From: Gracilinanus agilis
Taxonomy: Eukaryota
DNA: 63,850 nucleotides
Reading direction: 5' to 3'
Assembly (NCBI RefSeq): GCF_016433145.1
Contig: NC_058133.1
Span: 377,053,349 to 377,117,198, forward strand
Program-made: the position numbers and the translations under genes
The notes under the pieces: model-generated
Database searches by the model: none
The model's input: the letters and a program-made list of their open reading frames with translations, nothing else
What the model was told of the DNA's origin: nothing
Shown here: positions 62,141 to 63,850 of the stretch, piece by piece
How positions within the stretch are numbered: position 1 is the stretch's first letter
Layout: each line of letters starts with the position of its first letter

Positions 62141-63850
62141 ACTCTTAATATTAATGATTCTGAGTCATTTGGAACCTTACTAGAATAATACCTTGGTCTA
62201 GACTTAAGGAGTTTGCAATTGCTCTCTTAGGCTCTGAGAAATTATACATTGAGTGTTTTTTCTTTCTCTAGGAAAATGACTTCTGGCTGTCATATGAAGC
62301 CGTATTAATGAGCTCTGGAGAAAGCTACATATATTTTTTGCCATCTTATTTTTCCCAGAAATCCAGATGAAGTTGCCAATGAATATGATCATTTAAGTCA
62401 ATAATGGAACTCAAAAGAGGTAGAGATAAGATTATGTCCAGCACATTTTTCTAAAAATGTTATGTTACAAAGCTGAATTAGATTTCAGTGAAGGAACAGA
62501 GAATTACAGTAACCTTTTTAATCAAAACAGCTGTTATTGCAATTCTTGGAAGGTTTACTGGACCTATCACTACCCAAATAGATTTCTCGAGGGCATTTGG
62601 ACGGATTGTCCTTTTTTCATAGCTGTTGCTATGCTCAATTGTCTGGATAAACCATAAAAGGTTTACAGTGTCTAATAAATGGAGTTGATGAGATTTAGGG
62701 CCTCTACTCCTGACATCCTTCTGCTATGTAGCAAAATGTGTAGATGCCTAAGGATTTATTTTTCTATTTTAAAAGGCCATTGGGCATCTTTGTCTCAGCA
62801 TGACATTGGAAGAACATGTTGTGAAACTCCCCTTAAAATGAATGGATGGTGAAGGGTAAATCTTCACATATCATCTGCAAATTGTACCCTTTCCTTTTGT
62901 TTTCAAAGTACTTTTGTTAATACCTTTCTTTGCCCTGAAGAATATACATACTGAATATCATGAAAAGATGAATCTCTGCTGCATCTTCAATTCTCCCTTT
63001 CTCTCCAGAGCTTTTTTCTGCATAAGAGAGAGCCATGTATATACTATCTCTGACACAGGAACCATATGGAACTGGGAGGAACATAAGAGAGCATCAAAAC
63101 CAACTCCCTTCCTTTATAGATTAAGGAAACCAAGGCTAAGGAGGTAAAATGAAATGCCCATGTTATATACCTAATTAGTGTCAGAGGCATGATTTGAATC
63201 CAGTTGTTTTTGGCTTCATCCACTAGACTTGCTGCAGAGTGATAGTCAAATATAAGCATTTCTATATGCTTTTCACTCATAAAGAAAGCTCTACTCGGTT
63301 TTGTTGGTAATGGAACAAGATGTTCCATTGAATTGAGAAATGTTTTTCTCTGCTTGCTTATGATCCCTCCTGGCCATACTGCCTTTCCAGCCTAGGTCCT
63401 TAAGTCCTATGCCATTACTACAACCATATCAGTTGAGTTCCTTGTCTTGCTTTATGTGTAGGATGACATCAGTTCTTTCTTCTTCCCCATGTCACCTCTT
63501 CTCTCCCTCTTCTATTCCTTCAATATTAATTTCATTACTGAACTTCATTATTGATTTTTTTTTTTGCTTCTGGTGTGCAAATTTTAGTTGTCCACTGAAA
63601 CAGATGGACAAATTCTCTATATTTTAACATCGTAGATTCATAGATTTAGAGCTGAAAGAAACCTTAGAGGAGTGCTCATGATATCTATGCTCACAGCTAA
63701 CCCAGATCAACTCCTGCCTTTCTTTTTGACTACTTTTCCATTTAGCTTCCTCCCTTTCCTCCCACTTTTCAATTTTTTGTGTGTGCTGTCTCCTCCTTTT
63801 AGAAAGTAAGTTCCTTGAGGACAAGAAATTTACTTGCTTTTGCTTGTATT

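Overview
This is AT-rich, strongly CpG-depleted mammalian genomic DNA, most likely from a didelphid opossum such as Monodelphis. That assignment rests on several near-intact SINE1_Mdo-type SINEs and MAR1-type SINEs. It is not prokaryotic. No convincing full protein-coding gene, rRNA, tRNA gene or CRISPR array is visible, and the ORFs with recognisable content are transposon fragments (L1, L2, CR1/L3, RTE). The window reads as a large intron or intergenic region and a layered transposon record. It holds CORE-SINEs of several ages, L1/L2/CR1/RTE LINE fossils, hAT and Tc1/mariner remnants, and two clean solo LTRs with target-site duplications (27996-28920, 60910-61998). The most interesting items are a probable mRNA retrocopy fragment inserted with a 9-bp TSD into a near-full-length CR1/L3 fossil, an exact 57-bp direct repeat, a CTCF-like motif inside a hAT MITE, and a few candidate (micro)exons. 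I see no evidence for a novel multi-gene system. Repeat family names come from recall of consensus sequences, not from a database search, and the boundaries of old repeats are approximate.
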